A stretch of 64,000 nucleotides of DNA, taken from Varibaculum sp. (GTDB taxonomy: Bacteria > Actinomycetota > Actinomycetes > Actinomycetales > Actinomycetaceae). The first letter of the stretch is position 1. Each line of letters opens with the position of its first letter. The stretch spans positions 7,092 to 71,091 of the forward strand of contig JAXDTI010000001.1 of assembly GCA_034090045.1 (NCBI GenBank). The letters are read 5' to 3'. The notes below the pieces were generated by a model. The model ran no database searches. It saw nothing but the letters and a program-made list of their open reading frames with translations, and had not been told where the DNA came from. The translations under genes and the position numbers were made by a program. Below, piece after piece: positions 35,118 to 45,494 of this stretch.

Positions 35118-36108
35118 GATGGCTGAGACTCTGCGTTATGGGATGCTCGGTATCGGTTCGATGGGCCGACACCATGTTCGTAACATTCGTGCCCTGGACG
35201 GGGTGGAGCTGGTCGCGATCGCGGATCCGTTCGGCGATAAGTTCGGGGTTGCGGGCGACCTGGAGGTGCTACCAAATGTTGATGCGCTGATCGAGGCGGG
35301 TATTGACGCGGCAGTGGTGGCGGTTCCGACTGCGCATCACGCTGAGGTGGCGTTGAAACTCGCGGAGGCGGGTGTTCACACGATGGTGGAAAAACCTTTG
35401 GCGGACACGATTGAACAGGGCGAAGCCATGGTCGCGGCCTTTGACGATAAAGGTCTCGTCGGTGCGGTAGGTTACGTGGAGCGCTGCAACCCGGCACTCA
35501 TTGAGATGCGCCGGCGTATCGCTGACGGACAGCTCGGACAGGTTTATCAGGTGATTAGTCGCCGCCAGTCCCCGTTTCCGGCACGCATCTCGGATGTCGG
35601 GGTGGTAAAGGATCTGGCAACCCACGATGTTGATATTCAGATGTGGCTGGCCGGTGCTCCTTTCGAGTCGATATCGGCACAGACCGCACGGCAGGCTGGA
35701 CGCGAGTTCGAGGATCTGGTTACCGCATCGGGTAAACTCGGCGGCGGGGTGCTATCTAACCTGTTAATCAACTGGTTGACGCCCTATAAGGAACGTCAAA
35801 CTGTGGTGTTGGGTGAGAAAGGCTGTCTGGTCGCGGAAACTGTGATGGGCGATTTAACCTATTACGCTAATGGTACTGAGGAACTCGGTTGGGACCAGAT
35901 CCGCAATTTCCGTGGCGTGTCCGAGGGCGAAATCACCCGCTACGCTTTGAAGAAACGCGAACCCCTGGCCGTGGAGCACGAACACTTCCGTGACGCAATC
36001 CTAGGTAAAGGCAGCGAACACGTTTCCATGCGTGAAGCCCTAAACACGATGAAAGTGGTGCAGGCGATCCTGGACTCTGCCGCAACCGGAGAAACCATCA
36101 AGTTCTGA
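35110..36108 (+). CDS. Gfo/Idh/MocA family sugar oxidoreductase (WbpB/WlbA-like)
   Basis: Contains LRYGMLGIGSMGRHH (Rossmann) and ...VEKPLA.... The start is either GTG 35110 or ATG 35119. Confidence 0.88.
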   Translation: MREMAETLRYGMLGIGSMGRHHVRNIRALDGVELVAIADPFGDKFGVAGDLEVLPNVDALIEAGIDAAVVAVPTAHHAEVALKLAEAGVHTMVEKPLADTIEQGEAMVAAFDDKGLVGAVGYVERCNPALIEMRRRIADGQLGQVYQVISRRQSPFPARISDVGVVKDLATHDVDIQMWLAGAPFESISAQTARQAGREFEDLVTASGKLGGGVLSNLLINWLTPYKERQTVVLGEKGCLVAETVMGDLTYYANGTEELGWDQIRNFRGVSEGEITRYALKKREPLAVEHEHFRDAILGKGSEHVSMREALNTMKVVQAILDSAATGETIKF

Positions 36109-36306
36109 TTTAACTGGCGCTTCAGATGTTTATCGGGTTGCGTGTTCGTTCCATTCGATCTTGTGGGTGAGAACTCAGTTCAGACCCTGTCTCAGTGATT
36201 TCTCAGTACAGGTTCTTTACTACTACATGTTCGCTAGCAGCAGGAACGCGGTTGCCTTTAACGTCAGCGCAGTAATCATTCTGTCTGCCTAAATAGTGTC
36301 CCCGAT

Positions 36307-37368
36307 TTAGGCGCGAGCTAGCAGCTCGCGCACCACTCGTTCGGCAGCGTGACCCTCACCGTAAGGGGCAGCATCGGTGGCGGCTGGCCGTGGGCGTGAT
36401 GCTGCTGCGGCGAGTTCTTGTGGTTCTACAAGCTGATTCCACCCGAGTTGCACCGTCTCCACCCACTCGGTTTCAGTACGGACGGTAGTGCAGGGCACTC
36501 GCAGCAGGAACGCTTCTTTCTGTAGCCCACCGGAATCCGTAATCACGCCGCGGGCATGACGCACCAAGGCGAGCAGATCGGGGTATGCCACGGGTGGGTG
36601 TGGGAACAGATTGCCCCCGCCGAGATGCAATCCGTGTTTTTCGCATTGGGTCACGAGGCGCGGGTGAGCCAAGATTGCTACAGGGTGGTTCAGGTGTTCA
36701 AGGGCATCTAGGATAGCGGCGAGGCGCTCACGGGAGTCGGTGTTTTCTGCGCGATGTATTGTGGCCACGGAGTATTCACCGTCTGCAAATCCGAGTTCTT
36801 GTGCGACAGGAGAGGGAGCATCGGCTAGCTTTGCCACTTCGTGCAGGAGCACATCGGTCATCACATCTCCCACCACCACGGTTCGTTCTCCTAGCCCTTC
36901 ATGTTCGAGGTGTTCGCGTGCCACCTCAGTGGGAGCGAGCAGCAGATCCGCTGCATGGTCGGTAAGTACGCGATTGTGCTCCTCAGGCATCATACGGTTG
37001 AACGAGCGCAGTCCCGCTTCAAGGTGGGCAATCGGGAAGTGTAGTTTCACGGCGCTCAGCGCACCCGCTATTGTAGAGTTGGTGTCTCCATAGACGAGCA
37101 CCCAATCTGGTTGGTGCTTGAGGAGAATATCGTCCATCGCTGCGAGCATTGCGCCGGTTTGTTTCCCGTGCGAACCAGAGCCGACACCGAGGTGCTCATT
37201 TGGCTCAGGAATGTTGAGATCTTTGAAGAATACTTTCGAAAGCATCGGATCGTAGTGCTGACCGGTGTGCACAATTATGTGTTCCACGCCGAGTTTGTCG
37301 CAGACATGAGCAATCGGAGCTAGCTTCACAAACTGGGGGCGGGCACCCACCACGGAAAGAATTTTCAT
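36307..37368 (-). CDS. UDP-N-acetylglucosamine 2-epimerase family (non-hydrolysing; WecB/WbpI-type)
   Basis: Contains MKILSVVGARPQFVKLAP...VHTGQHYD...DTNST...HLEAGLRS... Confidence 0.92.
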   Translation of the reverse strand: MKILSVVGARPQFVKLAPIAHVCDKLGVEHIIVHTGQHYDPMLSKVFFKDLNIPEPNEHLGVGSGSHGKQTGAMLAAMDDILLKHQPDWVLVYGDTNSTIAGALSAVKLHFPIAHLEAGLRSFNRMMPEEHNRVLTDHAADLLLAPTEVAREHLEHEGLGERTVVVGDVMTDVLLHEVAKLADAPSPVAQELGFADGEYSVATIHRAENTDSRERLAAILDALEHLNHPVAILAHPRLVTQCEKHGLHLGGGNLFPHPPVAYPDLLALVRHARGVITDSGGLQKEAFLLRVPCTTVRTETEWVETVQLGWNQLVEPQELAAAASRPRPAATDAAPYGEGHAAERVVRELLARA

Positions 37369-37497
37369 GAAAACAATTCTACTGCTTATGAGCTATGAGC
37401 TACGATAAGCTCTGCCACGCACAATTGTGCCCACAAGACTGCATTTTTGCATATTATTTAAACGAGATAAAGATATAAAAGAGAGCGGTGATACCCG

Positions 37498-38673
37498 GTG
37501 CATAAGCCACGAATAGCTGTTGCGAGCAGGATCTTTGCTCCAGAACCGGCTGCTGCCAGTTTCCGTCTGAAAGCATTAGTGCAGGGGCTTGCCGCGAAAG
37601 GTGCGGATGTGACTGTACTTACAACGAAGCTGCCGGTTCAGTTCGCTAACGCTCGTGTGGAACTCCCCGCGGGTGTGAACGTAAAGAGATTTCCGGCGTT
37701 GCGCGATTCCACGGGGTATATCAAAGGCTATATGCAGTATATGAGTTTTGACATACCACTGTTTTTCCGGATTTTGTTCGGGAAAAAGCAGGATGCTGTG
37801 GTGTGCGAGCCGCCACCTACTACTGGTTTAGTGACGAGGGCGGCGTGCGGTCTACGACGGGTACCGTATGTGTATTACGCGGCAGACATATGGTCCGATG
37901 CTGCAGCGGCTACCGCGCCCACACCTGTTGTATCAGCGCTGAGATTCGTGGAGAAAAAGGCGCTACGCGGAGCAAAGCTGGTGTTTGCTACTTCGGGTGA
38001 GGTGGCTGCGCGTGTGCGTGAGTTGGGCGCTAAACGCGTGACCGTGATGGAAAACGGTGCTGATACTAGCGTTTTTACGCCACAGGGATCGTGTAAGGAT
38101 GGGCGGTATTTCGTTTATGCTGGGACTGCAAGCGAACGGCATGGTGCTGAGGTTTTTGCGAAAGCGATGCGCATTGTGGTCAAGGATCATCCGGATGTGA
38201 AACTCGTGTATGTGGGTTCAGGCTCATCAGATGAGGAGATTCAGCGTATTGCCGAAGATCTGCCTGCAGCAACTATTGAGCAACTCGGGCGAGTAGAAGC
38301 TGGCGAGGCTGCGGCGTGGCAGCGTGGTGCGGTGGCAGCGCTCGCCTCGATTAAACCTGGGCTCGGCTATGATTACGCGATCGCAACGAAAGTCTATTCG
38401 GCACTCGCGTGCGGAACTGCTGTGGTGTATGCCGGGGCAGGTCCCCTTAATGAAGTGATCGTTGAAGAAAAGTTCGGCGAAGCTGTGGCTTACGATGTGC
38501 AGGAGGTGGCACAGGCGATGTCGCGGGCCCTTGATCAGGCGAGTGTTTCAGGAGATGCTGAGCACACCGCTGCCGAGAAGCTCCGGCGTCGCCAGTGGGT
38601 GCTCGATCATCATTCACTTCAGGCGACAGGAAAACGTGCTGCACAGGCAGTGTTTGGCGTGTTGAAACGATAG
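37498..38673 (+). CDS. Glycosyltransferase family 4 (GT-B fold)
   Basis: 391 aa with an N-terminal RIFAPEPAAASFR pattern and a C-terminal E-x7-E-like region typical of GT4 enzymes. Confidence 0.82.
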   Translation: MHKPRIAVASRIFAPEPAAASFRLKALVQGLAAKGADVTVLTTKLPVQFANARVELPAGVNVKRFPALRDSTGYIKGYMQYMSFDIPLFFRILFGKKQDAVVCEPPPTTGLVTRAACGLRRVPYVYYAADIWSDAAAATAPTPVVSALRFVEKKALRGAKLVFATSGEVAARVRELGAKRVTVMENGADTSVFTPQGSCKDGRYFVYAGTASERHGAEVFAKAMRIVVKDHPDVKLVYVGSGSSDEEIQRIAEDLPAATIEQLGRVEAGEAAAWQRGAVAALASIKPGLGYDYAIATKVYSALACGTAVVYAGAGPLNEVIVEEKFGEAVAYDVQEVAQAMSRALDQASVSGDAEHTAAEKLRRRQWVLDHHSLQATGKRAAQAVFGVLKR

Positions 38674-39100
38674 CTAGCCGGGTCTTTCTCAATGAAGAGT
38701 CTGATATTGGAGGCAGGAAAAAGTTCGTTAAAGCGGGATGGCGATTACTCCGACCAGGATCAACGCAACACCACCTTTTTTGGTGCAGATATATTCGCGA
38801 AAAAGATATACGCGAGTAGGAGTGTCTGTACCTAGGTGAGCGCGGTGAACGGGTAAACAACGGAGTAACCGAGGCGGGGCTGAACCAAAACTGAGAACCG
38901 GCTGCAACGTGGATAATGAAACGAATCGATAAGCGATAATCATGGTAATCGCGCCCAGAGCAAAAGCGAGACCAGCAGCGAGACGCATCAGCCGAACGCT
39001 TCCACTCGGTTTCCAGAAAAGCTGGTTAACACAAACCAATACTGTGACACCAGCATCGGTAGCATACCAGTTTGTTATTTCATAATGAATGTCCACATAT

Positions 39101-40111
39101 TTATTCCGCAGAGTGAGGTTCTGGCTTACTTGTAGCTGTGGTTTCAACGAGTGGCTCGATAGTGTGGATCGCGATTAGTTCCCAAACTTTTCGGTGATTT
39201 TTTGCCACCGTATCAAGCACGATTCCCACACTTAGAGTGAGCAATGCCGAGAATACAAATCCAACGGCGAGAATCGCGCTGGGTACCTTCGTCACGTACT
39301 TTGTGGCCACGAATTCGAGAACCACAGGGACACCCACGAGCAAACCCAGGATGAAGAGCATCGCAGCCATAACGGAGAAGAAAGCCATAGGTTTATAGTC
39401 TTTGAACAAAGCTACGATCGTAGCAAGCACTTTCGATCCATCCCCAAAAGTAGAGAGTTTCGAGCAGCTTCCCTCAGGGCGATCGCGGTAGGCGATGGGC
39501 ACGTTAATAATACGTGCACGGCTATCCACTGCGTGAATGCTCATTTCTGTTTCAAGCTGAAAGCCTTTGCTCATCACGGGCATCGATTTAACAAAGGCGC
39601 GCGTGAAACCTCGATAGCCCGTCATCACGTCGGAATAGGAGTAACCGTAGATGAGTTTGATTAACCATCGCACCAAATCGTTGCCAAATGAGTGAAAATG
39701 GCGTTTGTTCTCGCGTTCATAGGTCTTGTTACTCAGCCGATCTCCTATTGTGGTATCGGCGATGCCATCAAATAGTGGCTGAAGCATGGCAGGCGCCTCT
39801 TCAGCGGGATACGTGTCGTCACCGTCAACCATTAAATAGTAATCGGCGTTTATATCGCGAAACATTTGCCGCACCACGTGACCTTTGCCTTGACGCGGTT
39901 CAAAACGGACGATAGCTCCAGCCGCTCGCGCAATCACTGCCGTGCGATCCGAGGAATTGTTGTCGTACACGTAAATAGTGGCCTGGGGTAGAACTCGCTG
40001 GAAATCCTTCACCACTTTTTCTATAGTCACTTCTTCGTTGTAGCAGGGGATAAGCACAGCCACGCGCTTGGAATTGCTGTGTGCTTGGGGTTCGTGGTTC
40101 GTTTCCTGCAT
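39101..40111 (-). CDS. Glycosyltransferase family 2, polyprenyl-phosphate glycosyltransferase type (GtrB/DPM1-like) with 2 C-terminal TM helices
   Basis: Contains VAVLIPCYNEEVTIEKVV...YDNNSSDRT...VDGDDTY. The ATG at 40111 has GGAAGGAG upstream. The track ORF is extended by 77 codons. Confidence 0.85.
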   Translation of the reverse strand: MQETNHEPQAHSNSKRVAVLIPCYNEEVTIEKVVKDFQRVLPQATIYVYDNNSSDRTAVIARAAGAIVRFEPRQGKGHVVRQMFRDINADYYLMVDGDDTYPAEEAPAMLQPLFDGIADTTIGDRLSNKTYERENKRHFHSFGNDLVRWLIKLIYGYSYSDVMTGYRGFTRAFVKSMPVMSKGFQLETEMSIHAVDSRARIINVPIAYRDRPEGSCSKLSTFGDGSKVLATIVALFKDYKPMAFFSVMAAMLFILGLLVGVPVVLEFVATKYVTKVPSAILAVGFVFSALLTLSVGIVLDTVAKNHRKVWELIAIHTIEPLVETTATSKPEPHSAE

Positions 40112-40113
40112 CG

Positions 40114-40815
40114 CTAGGCTCCTTCCATGTTCGTGACTAGCTCTGTTGGTGGAGCCGGTTTTATATCTGCCGAATCGGCTGTGGAAGGTGTCGTGGTTTG
40201 TTTTCCCGTGGTGATCGATGCGCGTTTTCTGCGTTCGAGAAGTATCACCAGGGCGCACAGGGCGCCAAAAACGGTGACGGCTAAGTTCCTGTAGGTAAAG
40301 AACACATGAATCGCTGAGTGGTTCAGCACCACGAGATACCACACCAGTGGATAGAGAGAGACTGCGAGTATCTGGAGCGCGCTAACCATGTGCTCGCGGC
40401 GGAGATTTAGGCGCAAAACTCGCACTAAGAGCAGTGCTGCTACTGCTGCGGCAATGAGGAGAAGAATGAACCGTACTGCGTTGCTGCCAAATAATTCTTG
40501 CAGGTTGGGCTGCAGGCCATCGAGGCGCTGGAAATCGTATTGCTGCTGTAGGTCTGTTCCACGCCCGATGCTGTTGAGGCGGAAAGAAATATCGCCGAGC
40601 ACGCTTGCAAGCGGATATTTAACGATCAGTGCTGCCAATACCCATTTAGTTGCCCAGAATCCAAAATAACCGATGCCCCAGGCGAAAGAATTCGAGATGA
40701 AGCGATGCCATGGTTTCCCGTGAGATAACAAGATATAGGTAACGAGTGGAAATCCGAGCGCAATCACTGGGAAAGTGAGAAGATCGAAATATGCTACGCT
40801 CATCCCTGTGAGCAT
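40114..40815 (-). CDS. Polytopic membrane protein of unknown family
   Basis: 233 aa with ~6 TM helices. Its stop lies 2 nt before the GT2 start codon, so the two are translationally coupled. It may be the transferase partner of the GtrB-like enzyme. Confidence 0.5.
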   Translation of the reverse strand: MLTGMSVAYFDLLTFPVIALGFPLVTYILLSHGKPWHRFISNSFAWGIGYFGFWATKWVLAALIVKYPLASVLGDISFRLNSIGRGTDLQQQYDFQRLDGLQPNLQELFGSNAVRFILLLIAAAVAALLLVRVLRLNLRREHMVSALQILAVSLYPLVWYLVVLNHSAIHVFFTYRNLAVTVFGALCALVILLERRKRASITTGKQTTTPSTADSADIKPAPPTELVTNMEGA

Positions 40816-40899
40816 AAAGAAAGGGAACCACAGGTTCTAGCGTTTCTGAAGGTGTTCGTTGGCTAGCGGAAAGATTAGGGCGGGCTATTATGGTCTTTG

Positions 40900-42945
40900 A
40901 TGGCTTTAGCAGCAAATGAAAAACCTCAGGATTATGCCCGGCATGGCAACCGGATTGACGCTCTCGATGGATTACGCACAATAGCTGTTTTTCTCGTGAT
41001 TGGATTCCACGTGTCGATGCCGTATATGGCCGCTGGCTATATTGGCGTGGATATGTTTTTTGTGCTTTCTGGGTACTTGATCACAGCAGGACTGGTACAC
41101 GAGATCCGCACGCGGGGGCGCTTGCGGCTTGCACGCTTCTGGAGCAGGCGTTTTAAGCGTTTAATGCCTGCCGCTTTGCTCGCGATATTAGTTGTATTCG
41201 TGTGGGGAATGTGGTTTGCGCCTCTTTATCGCCGCTCAGACCTCGGCGCCGATGCGTGGTGGACCGTGTTTTATCTTGCGAACTGGCGCTTCGTGAATGC
41301 TGGCAGCTATTTCGAGTCAGATGGAACTCTCTCTCCACTTGAGCATATGTGGAGTCTGGCCGTGGAAGAGCAGTTTTATCTTGTGTGGCCGCTGCTCATC
41401 ACGGTTGTGCTGTGGGTGGCTTATCGGCTCGCGCACTCTCGTATGCCGCAACTTGCGGGCGAGGGGGAATCGCTACGTGAAGTGAATGAGGCACAACGGC
41501 AACTTCGAGGCCGTATGCTCATTGCCATAATCGTTGCTGCTGGCTTGATTATCATGGCAAGCAGCCTGTTCCTTTATCTTGATAATTCCTTCATTTCTCA
41601 AAACCGAGCCTACATGGGTACAGATGCGAAGGCTTTTGAACCGATGTTGGGTGCACTGCTGGCGATTCTGGCTTCTTACCCCAAAATCTCTGCCTGGTTT
41701 GGGAAGTGTTCGCATGCCTTGATCTGGGCTGGCGCAGGCCTGATGTTCGCTTTGTTTATCGTGATTGATGGGCCTGCTCCGTTTTACTTCTCTGGGGGTG
41801 CGCTGGCATATAGCCTCGGCATGGGAGCCGTGATTGTTGGTGTGGCGCATGGTTTGCATGGGTTTGAGGCGCGAGTGCTCGCCTGGGGGCCAATCAGTTA
41901 TCTTGGCAGGATTTCTTACGGCCTCTATCTCTGGCACTGGCCGTTGGCTGTGTGGCTACTGCAGCCGCAACTTGGTTTTCAGCCTAAGCGAGCGGCATTG
42001 GTGGTGGTGCTGACGATCGTTACGGCAGTGCTCTCATACCACTTCCTTGAGATGCCGATACGCTCTGGAAAGCTCAACCGCATCTTCTCGCCCAAGCGCG
42101 CAATAATTAGCGCATTCGTGGCAATGCTGATCGTGGCGGGGATCGTATCCACTCTCGGCGGCACACCTCTGAGCCGAGCAGCCGAGCCCTTTGTGCGCAA
42201 CGTGCTTTACCAAGGGAAAAAGCCACCCGTGAATGAATCAACGATCTTAGTGGTAGGAGATTCCGTGCCCAAGCGGCTCGTACCTGCTCTGGTTCCTGTA
42301 GCGCAGAAGCGGGGGTGGGACGTGGTGAGCGCCGCCCGTGGAGCATGTACGCCTATGGCGTTGCGCTTGGATTTTGGCCCTGCAGATCCTACTGGCGTTA
42401 ATTGCCCCACTGCTCTAGATGTTCAGCGCGAAATGATGAGTGAACACAACCCCGGAATCGTGCTGTGGTGGTCTCGATACGAAATTATCGATCGATACGA
42501 TAGTGACGGCGTCACGCTTTTACACCCCGATTCTGATGCTTTTTGGCTGGCTCAAGAGCGTGACTTTAAGATCGCAGCTGATCGTTTTACTCAGGATGGA
42601 GCTACGCTCGTGGTGGTGCTTACTGAACGCCCAGGAGCGGGAATGCTCAACCGCCCACAACAAGAAATTGATCTTCCTCTGATTCAGAATATGCTCTATC
42701 ACGATGAGTATCGGCAACGTTTTAATGAGATCGTGACGAAGGTGGCGGCTCAACGTAGCGATATACGAGTGATTAGTGGAGATGAGCTTTTCTGCGCTGG
42801 AAAACCTACTTTAGAAGGTAGTAGCGTGTGTGACGATTCTGTTCCAGGAAAAGGTTATATCCGCCCAGATGGAGCGCACGTTAACCTCGAGTATTTTGGT
42901 GAAAGTGTGAGTAACAAGCTTCTTGATGCTCTGGAAAAGGGGTGA
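40900..42945 (+). CDS. Acyltransferase family 3 membrane domain fused to an SGNH/GDSL-like extracytoplasmic domain (OafA/OatA-type O-acyltransferase)
   Basis: Contains IDALDGLRTIAVFLVIGFHV... and FFVLSGYLIT..., with ~10 TM helices, then VVGDSVPKRL (GDS motif). Confidence 0.88.
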   Translation: MALAANEKPQDYARHGNRIDALDGLRTIAVFLVIGFHVSMPYMAAGYIGVDMFFVLSGYLITAGLVHEIRTRGRLRLARFWSRRFKRLMPAALLAILVVFVWGMWFAPLYRRSDLGADAWWTVFYLANWRFVNAGSYFESDGTLSPLEHMWSLAVEEQFYLVWPLLITVVLWVAYRLAHSRMPQLAGEGESLREVNEAQRQLRGRMLIAIIVAAGLIIMASSLFLYLDNSFISQNRAYMGTDAKAFEPMLGALLAILASYPKISAWFGKCSHALIWAGAGLMFALFIVIDGPAPFYFSGGALAYSLGMGAVIVGVAHGLHGFEARVLAWGPISYLGRISYGLYLWHWPLAVWLLQPQLGFQPKRAALVVVLTIVTAVLSYHFLEMPIRSGKLNRIFSPKRAIISAFVAMLIVAGIVSTLGGTPLSRAAEPFVRNVLYQGKKPPVNESTILVVGDSVPKRLVPALVPVAQKRGWDVVSAARGACTPMALRLDFGPADPTGVNCPTALDVQREMMSEHNPGIVLWWSRYEIIDRYDSDGVTLLHPDSDAFWLAQERDFKIAADRFTQDGATLVVVLTERPGAGMLNRPQQEIDLPLIQNMLYHDEYRQRFNEIVTKVAAQRSDIRVISGDELFCAGKPTLEGSSVCDDSVPGKGYIRPDGAHVNLEYFGESVSNKLLDALEKG

Positions 42946-43111
42946 GTGTATGCTGCGGATGAAAGAGCGGATTGGGTGCCCTCCCTCTGGGCGGTAGGGT
43001 AGGCGTGCTACTCATGCGGGTGGTTCCACTGGAAGCGAAAGAGACTGCTAGTTTCCAAACTGTGGTGTGTTCTTTATGATTGTTCTAGTTCTAACAAAGG
43101 AAATGAGAACG

Positions 43112-44242
43112 ATGGAAACGAAAAGATCTCTTCTGATCCTCTCTTTTTCTCCGATCGAGCGAGATGCGCGAGTATTAAAAGAAGTGCGGCTTTTTGTTGG
43201 TAAATATGATGTGTTCACGTGCGGCTATGGGGAAGCGCCGGAAGGCGTTGTGGATCACTTCCAGATAAGCAATGCTGCAGTGAACTGGAAATACGACAAT
43301 CTCAGCATCGTCACTCATCAATACGAACGTGCCTACTGGGCGAACGCTGCGGTGCGAGAGGCCAAATCTTTACTCGAAGGGAAAACTTTTGACGCGATCC
43401 TGGCCAACGACTTTGACACTGCACCCTTGGCTCTGCACCTGAAACCACGCAGAGGAGTTCACGTAGACCTGCACGAATATGCGCCGCTGGAAAAAGAAAA
43501 CCTGAAACGGTGGAAGTGGTTTATTACGCCGTTCCGTTCTTGGGTTTGCCGTAAATACATCGCTAGGGCAAGCTCCTGGACCACTGTCGCCCAGGGTATC
43601 GCCGACAAATACCGAGAAGTTTTCGGCTTCTGTCCCGGCGTGGTAACCAACGCCGCACCCTACCAGGAACTCACGCCGACCCCGGTACACTCTCCGCTGC
43701 GACTGGTTCATCACGGAGTGGCACACTCGGATCGTAACCTTGACCGACTCGCCGAGGCAGTGAGCCATACCCGGCTTAATTGCACCCTGGATTTTTTCTT
43801 GGTGCCCACGGATCCTGCCGTCATCGAAAGACTTAACAAGATCGCGGGGAGGAGTGGTCGCATACATCTACACGAGCAGTTGCCTTATAGCGAAATAGTT
43901 AGCACGCTCAACGACTTTGACTGCGGGATTTACACCCTGCCGCCGGTGAGTTTTAATAATGACCATGCACTGCCTAACAAGTTCTTTGATTTTATCCAGG
44001 CGCGGCTTGCGGTGTTGATTGGTCCATCCCCAGAAATGGCTGACTATGTGGAGCGTTACGAGCTGGGCGCGGTTGCACAGGATTTCAGCACCGAAGCCTT
44101 TACTGCGCTTTTAGATTCGATTCGACCAGAAAATGTGGCCGTATGGAAGAACACCGCCGCGAAGGCCGCGGTTTCGCTCTCAGCCGAGGAACAGGTGCAA
44201 GGCTGGGCAGAGGCGGTAGGAAAGTTACTGAACCGTGGCTAA
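43112..44242 (+). CDS. Putative glycosyltransferase / polysaccharide biosynthesis protein
   Basis: 376 aa from METKRS. The N-terminal LILSFSPIERDARVLKE pattern is seen in polysaccharide-locus GT-B-like proteins. The assignment is weak. Confidence 0.5.
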   Translation: METKRSLLILSFSPIERDARVLKEVRLFVGKYDVFTCGYGEAPEGVVDHFQISNAAVNWKYDNLSIVTHQYERAYWANAAVREAKSLLEGKTFDAILANDFDTAPLALHLKPRRGVHVDLHEYAPLEKENLKRWKWFITPFRSWVCRKYIARASSWTTVAQGIADKYREVFGFCPGVVTNAAPYQELTPTPVHSPLRLVHHGVAHSDRNLDRLAEAVSHTRLNCTLDFFLVPTDPAVIERLNKIAGRSGRIHLHEQLPYSEIVSTLNDFDCGIYTLPPVSFNNDHALPNKFFDFIQARLAVLIGPSPEMADYVERYELGAVAQDFSTEAFTALLDSIRPENVAVWKNTAAKAAVSLSAEEQVQGWAEAVGKLLNRG

Positions 44243-45494
44243 CAGTTCGGCAAAAAACATTCTCACTCTTTTGAGTGGAACCGCCTCCGCCCAGGTGGTG
44301 GCGATCGTCATTTCGATTTTCACAGCTCGAATGTTTACACCCGAAACGTTCGGAGAGTTTGGGATATACAGTTCAGTGGCTGGAATTGTCGTAGTGGCGG
44401 CTTCATTGCGATACGACATGACGATAATGTTGCCGGATACCGATGCTGAAGCAAAAAATATTGCCCGACTGGCAACACGATCCAACATTATTGTTTCAAT
44501 CATCTCAGTGGTTTTAGCATTTGCCCTTCACGATGTCATCTTGAAAATTTGGGGCAGTAAAATACTTGCTGACTGGATGCCGCTGATTGGTATTACTGTT
44601 TTTTGTTCCGCCCAAGCTTTTATCTTCCAATATTGGTTCAACCGGCACAAGCATTATAAAGTGATTGCTCTCAACCGTTTTGAGCAAACTGTGGGATCCT
44701 CCGGCGGTCAACTTCTCTTTGGTTTGATCGGTATGCGTTCTTTCCTTGGTCTCACGTTCGGCACTTTTTTTGGTTTGATATGGGCGTATCTCAAACTGAG
44801 ATTCAAAACTCACGATTTGCGGGAGCCGGTTCCTCCAGGAACGCCCACCATGAGAGAGCTTGCAGGGCGCTATAAAAAAATGCCGCTCTTAAACCTCCCC
44901 ACTGCCCTGATAGACACGGTTCGAGCTAACGGAATTCAACTCATCATTGGTGGAATTGCTTTGGGTTCTTTGGGGCAATTTAACCTCGCGTGGCGAGTGC
45001 TCCAGGCACCCATAGCATTAATCAACAGTGCGCTTTCTCAGGTGTTTTTCCAGCAACTCTCACGGGTAAAACCGGGTGAAATGTATCCTGCCGTAAAAGC
45101 AATCTTGAAAAAATCCGCGCTTTTGGGAGTTCCTCCGTTCGTGCTACTCTATATTCTCTCTCCGTGGCTCATTCCTTTCGTTTTTGGTTCACAATGGCAC
45201 ATGGCTGGAGATATTGCTCGTGCGCTCACTCCCTGGCTCGCTATCAATCTCATTTCAGCTCCGGTGTCCACTGTTTTTGTGGTTACTTCGAGGCAGCAGT
45301 GGACACTGCTCTTCTCGGTAGTTTTTGCTGCTGCTCCCCTGGCTTGGCTGTTTTTTTCCCCATTAGAGTTCCTGCAAACCTTAACAGTCCTCGCCACCAT
45401 GATGGCGGCGATGCTGGTGTTCTTCATTGGGATGGCGGTTATGGCAGCGCGGGGCTATGATTCTCTTCGGCGAGAGGCTGACGATGAAATCTAG
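44235..45494 (+). CDS. Oligosaccharide flippase (Wzx/MOP superfamily)
   Basis: 419 aa with ~12 TM helices; the N-terminus NILTLLSGTASAQVVAIVISIFTARMFTPETFGEF is typical of Wzx-like flippases. Confidence 0.83.
   Translation: MANSSAKNILTLLSGTASAQVVAIVISIFTARMFTPETFGEFGIYSSVAGIVVVAASLRYDMTIMLPDTDAEAKNIARLATRSNIIVSIISVVLAFALHDVILKIWGSKILADWMPLIGITVFCSAQAFIFQYWFNRHKHYKVIALNRFEQTVGSSGGQLLFGLIGMRSFLGLTFGTFFGLIWAYLKLRFKTHDLREPVPPGTPTMRELAGRYKKMPLLNLPTALIDTVRANGIQLIIGGIALGSLGQFNLAWRVLQAPIALINSALSQVFFQQLSRVKPGEMYPAVKAILKKSALLGVPPFVLLYILSPWLIPFVFGSQWHMAGDIARALTPWLAINLISAPVSTVFVVTSRQQWTLLFSVVFAAAPLAWLFFSPLEFLQTLTVLATMMAAMLVFFIGMAVMAARGYDSLRREADDEI

Noticed and set aside
34937-35497. 186-aa Pro/Arg-rich minus-strand ORF
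   Set aside because: It is antisense to the aminotransferase/oxidoreductase junction and has a low-complexity composition. It is a GC-rich artefact.
38728-39147. 139-aa minus-strand ORF downstream of the GtrB-like GT2
   Set aside because: It has one or two plausible TM segments, but also an implausible middle region, mixed codon bias and a 47-nt overlap with the GT2 end. It could be a small membrane protein or a decayed gene, and I cannot support a call.
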